Below, piece after piece: positions 59,505 to 64,000 of a stretch of DNA of 64,000 nt. Source of the stretch: Phycisphaerales bacterium. GTDB taxonomy: Bacteria > Planctomycetota > Phycisphaerae > WQYP01. The stretch lies in NCBI GenBank assembly GCA_027451365.1, contig DAIDJN010000041.1:1-64000 (forward strand), read 5' to 3'. Each line of letters starts with the position of its first letter. Position 1 is the stretch's first letter. A program made the position numbers and the translations under genes. The notes beneath the pieces are model-generated. The model did no database searches. It saw only the letters and a list, made by a program, of their open reading frames with translations, and was not told the origin of the DNA.

Positions 59505-59552
59505 GGAACAATTACTTGTTCATGTTGACAAAGCCCAGGCAGCAGGTACAAT
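59505..59552 (+). promoter_or_regulatory. Operator plus sigma70-like promoter upstream of the SASA esterase
   Basis: GGAACAATTACTTGTTCA (59505-59522), then TTGACA-16-TACAAT (59525-59552). Confidence 0.7.
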
Positions 59553-59656
59553 AAAACCTCCCGGAGAGTGGTTAAATGATCTTTATGTCAGGGCGTCATT
59601 GCCCGTTTGCCCGTATCGCACCGCGTTGCTGGTTGATATCGAAAGGAAACCGTCAG

Positions 59657-61225
59657 ATGTTCATAACCAGAAAAACAAACTCCTATGCAATTTTGTTCTG
59701 CACCACTCTCGTGCTTTCTCTGGGTTGCCTGCGGGCCGGTGCTGCGGTGCGATTTGCAACTATTTTCTCAGACCACATGGTTCTACAGCGCGGCATGGCG
59801 GATCCTGTATGGGGCATGGGTACCCCTGGTCAAACAGTAAAAGTATCCTTTGCCGGTCATACGGTTTTGGGGCAAACCAATAACAGCGGACATTGGATGG
59901 TCAAACTGCCGGCCATGCAGGCCAATGCCAATCCCCAAACCTTGACGGTTCAGGCGGGCAGCAGTACCAGCAGCGTCAAAGATGTTCTAGTGGGAGACGT
60001 GTGGCTTTGCACCGGACAATCCAATATGACCTACAACCTGTATGGCTGGACCCCCGGCGGCCATGGCCATGCCGCAGTCGCCAAGGCCAACTACCCGTTA
60101 ATTCGCTTTGTTGATGTACCGCAAGTGACTGCGTCTCATCCGAAGGGCAGCTTCAAGGCGTCCTGGCAGGTGTGTAGCCCCAAGACAATCGGTTGGTTTT
60201 CAGCGGTCGGCTATTACTTTGGGCGCGATTTGTTTCGTAAGTTGCATGTTCCCATCGGGCTGATTGAATCAAGTTGGCCCGGCACGCAGATTCAACCCTG
60301 GACGCCGCTGTCTGCGGTTCGCGATACGCCCCAATTGCATGGCGATTACCTGTGGATAAAAAACCAGGAGAAGCAATACCAGGCACAGAAAAAGGCATTT
60401 ATGACAGCGATTGCCGCGTGGTTACCTAAAGCACGGGTATCCCTGAACGCGGGCCACGATATACCTAATCCACCCGCAGAACCGTGGAACTTCATAACCG
60501 GCCCAGGCTATACCTCCCTTTACAATGGCATGATCAACCCTTTGGTTCCCTTTGCCGTAAAGGGTAACATTTGGTATCAGGGCGAAAGCAACGTCAACGA
60601 TAATTTGTATTATGTTCGCTTAAAAACGCTGATCAGGTCCTGGCGCAAGGCCTGGAATCAGGGGAATTTTCCGTTTTATCTCGTGGAAATTGCTCCGTTT
60701 TATTACGGCAATCCGATAACGGGTGAACCCGTGGTCTGGAATGCCCAGGAAAATGTGGTGCGTACTGTTCCCAACACCGGTATTGTCGGGACCCAGGATA
60801 TTGGCCTGTTAAATAATGTCCACCCGTTTGATAAACGCGATGTGGGCTACCGCCTGTCGCTGTTGGCTTTGGCCAAAACTTACGGCCAAAAGGGTTTTGT
60901 ATATGCCGGCCCGATGTATAAATCCATGACCATTTCCGATGGCAAAGCCGTCATTCATTTTAACTATGCCAGCGATGGCTTGGTATCGCGTGATGGCAAG
61001 CCACTGACCTGGTTTCAAATTGCCGGTAAAAACAAGAAATTTGTGACGGCCCAGGCCGCCATTGTCGGCGATACCGTGGTGGTGCAGTCTCCTTCGGTGC
61101 CTCACCCCACTGTGGTGCGATTTGCATGGAATCAAATCGCAATGCCCAACTTGATGAACAAAGCCGGCCTGCCGGCATTGCCGTTTGACACCAACGATGC
61201 TATGAAGCCTACCGTGCCACAATAA
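59657..61225 (+). CDS. Sialate O-acetylesterase-like (SASA) carbohydrate esterase
   Basis: FSDHMVLQR, GDVWLCTGQSNM, FSAVGYYF, IWYQGESN, NVHP; AAGGA RBS. Confidence 0.92.
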   Translation: MFITRKTNSYAILFCTTLVLSLGCLRAGAAVRFATIFSDHMVLQRGMADPVWGMGTPGQTVKVSFAGHTVLGQTNNSGHWMVKLPAMQANANPQTLTVQAGSSTSSVKDVLVGDVWLCTGQSNMTYNLYGWTPGGHGHAAVAKANYPLIRFVDVPQVTASHPKGSFKASWQVCSPKTIGWFSAVGYYFGRDLFRKLHVPIGLIESSWPGTQIQPWTPLSAVRDTPQLHGDYLWIKNQEKQYQAQKKAFMTAIAAWLPKARVSLNAGHDIPNPPAEPWNFITGPGYTSLYNGMINPLVPFAVKGNIWYQGESNVNDNLYYVRLKTLIRSWRKAWNQGNFPFYLVEIAPFYYGNPITGEPVVWNAQENVVRTVPNTGIVGTQDIGLLNNVHPFDKRDVGYRLSLLALAKTYGQKGFVYAGPMYKSMTISDGKAVIHFNYASDGLVSRDGKPLTWFQIAGKNKKFVTAQAAIVGDTVVVQSPSVPHPTVVRFAWNQIAMPNLMNKAGLPALPFDTNDAMKPTVPQ

Positions 61226-61352
61226 CTCGGCCGATGGGCTTGATGGCCCGATACTGGTGTTGCACTGCATGTTGGGCCGGCCTCATGGCCCAAACCAGCC
61301 ATCGTCCATGTGTTGGCACAGGGATTGTGATGGAAACTGGTGGAGTGATTTT

Positions 61353-62720
61353 ATGCGTATGAAATTTTTCGGCTGTATGGCTGCCCTGAGTATGGCGTGC
61401 ATGTTGTCGCTTGTTTTTGCGCCGCGCGGTGCGGTTGCGGCCCCAGCGGCCCCTTTGGCAAGCCCTTCCAATCTGCCGCAGTTTACCAAGGCCAACCCCG
61501 CCCCGCATCCATTTATGGGGTGGAGCAGTTGGAGTTCAATTCGCGGCGGAGTGGATGCGAAAATTGTAAAGGCTCAGGCCCGCCTGATGGCCAAACGGCT
61601 CAAACGTTTCGGATACGACTATATCAACATCGACGCCGGCTGGCAGCAGGGCTATGACCGCTATGGACGCCCGAAGCCCAATCTGAAAAAGTTTCCAGGC
61701 GGAATTGCGACTCTGGCCAAATGGATGCACAATCGCGGATTAAAGCTGGGAATTTATCTGGTGCCGGGACTTCCCAATTCGGTTTATCAGGCCAACGATC
61801 CGATTTTTGGCACCCATTACACCGCGCGGCAAATCGTCTATAAAAGATATAAACATGGCAACACGCTTTCTACAAGAAGTTACAAATTGAATTTTCACAC
61901 CCCGGGCGCTATGGCCTATCTGCAAAGTTGCGCTGATTTGTACGCTCACTGGGGAGTGGATTATATCAAATTGGATTTCGTGGGACCCGGTGGCGGCGAC
62001 TGGCCTTACGGCCGGGTTGACACCCGCTCGGAAATGGCTCATTTGTCCCTGGCGCTAAGTCGCTCCGGCCGACCGATATGGCTGGAACTTTCCAACAGAC
62101 TCAGTTTCAAATATGCCGCCTTCTGGGCCAAATACGCCAATGGTTGGCGCACCAACGGCGATATCGAAAGTTATCAGCATGATCTGACTAACTGGACCCG
62201 GGTAATGGTGCGTTTTAACAAGAACGCCCGATGGGCTCCTTATGCCGGCCCCGGCGGCTGGAACGATTTTGACTCTCTGGAAATCGGCAACGGAAAGCTC
62301 GATGGGTTGACGCCCGTTGAAAGTCAAACCGTCATGATTTTCTGGTGCATCAACTGCTCGCCGCTTTGCCTGGGTACCGATTTAACGCGCCTTACGCCCG
62401 GTGGCTTCAAAATGATTACCAACAAAGCCGCTATTGCCATCGACCAGGCCGGCCATGTGGCCAGGCCACTTTCCCAGAAAACCCCGCAGCAGGTGTGGGT
62501 TATTCACCACGCCGACGGTGCTTGCACGGTGGCCCTGTTCAACCTCGCCAAAACAGCGGCCAGGGTCGGCGTAACTTGGCGGCAACTGGCCTTGGCCAAG
62601 TCTACCGCTGCCGTCAAAGACCTCTGGGATGGAAAAAAAATGGGCACGCTTTCCCACGGCTTTAGCGCAACCCTGCCGTCCCACGGCTCACGACTCCTGC
62701 AGATAACTCCATCACACTAG
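61353..62720 (+). CDS. Secreted GH27 glycosidase, paralog of 53674-55023
   Basis: MGWSSW, NIDAGW, KLDFVGPGGG, WRTNGDIE, GWNDFDSL. Confidence 0.9.
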   Translation: MRMKFFGCMAALSMACMLSLVFAPRGAVAAPAAPLASPSNLPQFTKANPAPHPFMGWSSWSSIRGGVDAKIVKAQARLMAKRLKRFGYDYINIDAGWQQGYDRYGRPKPNLKKFPGGIATLAKWMHNRGLKLGIYLVPGLPNSVYQANDPIFGTHYTARQIVYKRYKHGNTLSTRSYKLNFHTPGAMAYLQSCADLYAHWGVDYIKLDFVGPGGGDWPYGRVDTRSEMAHLSLALSRSGRPIWLELSNRLSFKYAAFWAKYANGWRTNGDIESYQHDLTNWTRVMVRFNKNARWAPYAGPGGWNDFDSLEIGNGKLDGLTPVESQTVMIFWCINCSPLCLGTDLTRLTPGGFKMITNKAAIAIDQAGHVARPLSQKTPQQVWVIHHADGACTVALFNLAKTAARVGVTWRQLALAKSTAAVKDLWDGKKMGTLSHGFSATLPSHGSRLLQITPSH

Positions 62721-63010
62721 CCACCGGTGAATACAGATATTTGCAGCGCATAGAAGCCGGTCCCGGGAATTGCATGTTCAAACAGAACGCTCCCCGCGGA
62801 ATGAACCGAGGTCTTTACGCGGGCGGTAGCACCGGCTTAACGTGATCATCTATCAACGATGCGGCCTGCAATCAGGGCCGGCAGGCCATACGGCGATGCC
62901 ACGCCGTCATATCACCGATTGGCATCAGCAAAACTATCCGACCCTGGCTAACCGCCACTATCGCTTTGGCCGACTGGCCGAGAAATCGAAAAGACAAATA
63001 TTAAGTAAAC

Positions 63011-63813
63011 GCCGGCGGGCGGGACGCCCGCACCACAAGCGATCATCCGCAGCGTCGTGGCTGCGGCCCTTTTGAAACGCCGGCAGGCGAGACGCCTGCA
63101 CCACAAGCGATCATCCGCAATGTCTTGCCGTGGCCAATTTGAAACGCCGGCAGGCGGGACGCCCGCACCGCAAGCGACGGGTCATCCGCAATGTCTTGCC
63201 GTGGCCGAGTTGAAACGCCGGCAGGCGGGACGCCCGCACCACAAGCGACGGGTCATCCGCAATGTCTTGCCGTGGCCAATTTGGAACGCCGGCAGGCGGG
63301 GACGCCTGCACCACAAGGTGATAATCTTTTGCCTCTTTGCGAGATGGTTTGATTTGAAACGCCGGCAGGCGGGACGCCCGCACCACAAGCGATCATCCGC
63401 AGCGTCGTGGCTGCGGCCCCATTGAAACAAACCCTTGGGGGTCGGGACTCTGGCCCGACAAATCATAATCTGCGGCGTTGGGGTGCGGCCCATTTGAAAC
63501 GCCGGCAGGCGGGACGCCTGCACCACAAGCGATCATCCGCAGCGTCGTGGCTGCGGCCCCATTGAAACTCCTTCTTTGTCGGCTCCCCAGCGGAATCCGG
63601 CTAGTCATCCGCAATGTCTTGCCGTGGCCGAGTTGGAACGCCGGCAGGCGGGGACGCCCGCACCACAGGCGACGGGTCATCTGCAATGTCTTGCCGTGGC
63701 CGAGTTGGAACGCCGGCAGGCGGGGACGCCTGCACCACAAGGTGAGACTCATTTGCCTCTTTGCGAGAGGGTTTGATTTGGAACGCCGGCAGGCGGGACG
63801 CCTGCACCACAAG
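63011..63813 (+). CRISPR. Degenerate CRISPR-like / REP mosaic array (11 repeat-like units, 10 REP-like units, 2 unique spacers)
   Basis: 37-nt ATCATCCGCAGCGTCGTGGCTGCGGCCCCATTGAAAC at 63392-63428 and 63532-63568, each followed by a unique 35-36 nt spacer. The other 36-37 nt units end in TTG(A/G)AAC and are followed by GCCGGCAGGCGGGACGCCYGCACCACAAG. No cas genes in the window. Confidence 0.6.
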
Positions 63814-64000
63814 CCACGGAATCATCTTATCTGTATGACGAACTGAAATTCGGTTCGACAGTTATAATATTTGAAAAACGGACGGCTTTTCGTTTATAAT
63901 TGCGAAAATTCAGGTTCTGGCCATGAACCTGCCAAAACACAGGATCGCAAACCGTGTTCCTGATGTATAATGGATGCCGGACTTTCTGGGCAATGTGATC

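Noticed and set aside
63057..63846. Several repetitive ORFs in the array
   Set aside because: These are translations of the DNA repeats in multiple frames on both strands, with no coding evidence.
1..64000. tRNA, rRNA, tmRNA, RNase P, cas or recombinase genes
   Set aside because: No signature sequences were recognised by eye. Absence was not verified computationally.

Overview
GC-rich bacterial chromosome segment, most likely from a planctomycete (Phycisphaerae/Tepidisphaerales-like). This is inferred from the DUF1559-type prepilin, the DUF4159 tandem protein, PEP-CTERM, HpnE and the gene styles. The left half (~1-29.5 kb) is mostly core genes: a PAS-GGDEF-EAL protein, gmhB-hldE-lpxK-leuS-lptB-hpnE, queA, ptsI, an MsbA-like ABC exporter and cdsA, plus a PL4+GH35 pair and an SGNH esterase. 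At 30-32.7 kb is an orphan Rhs core/C-terminal toxin module with a downstream membrane protein, bracketed by direct repeats that begin with a REP-like hairpin. From 33 to 62.7 kb is a carbohydrate-degradation island (GH2, GH5, GH92, GH53, three GH27, GH29, esterases, a beta-helix protein, LacI) with no SusC/D or ABC importer, but with DUF4159, PEP-CTERM and prepilin genes. Main unusual signals: (1) an 18-bp palindromic operator TGRWYAAnTAnTTRWYCA at about 8 sigma70-like promoters, linking the CAZymes to the pilin/PEP-CTERM/DUF4159 genes; (2) an 81-bp inverted repeat that includes the PEP-CTERM gene 3' end and brackets a 4.3-kb segment, plus an orphan PEP-CTERM tail; (3) a CRISPR-like array at 63.0-63.8 kb in which three repeat families alternate with a reiterated REP-like 'spacer'. 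No rRNA, tRNA or cas genes were recognised. All calls come from reading motifs by eye; no database searches were run.
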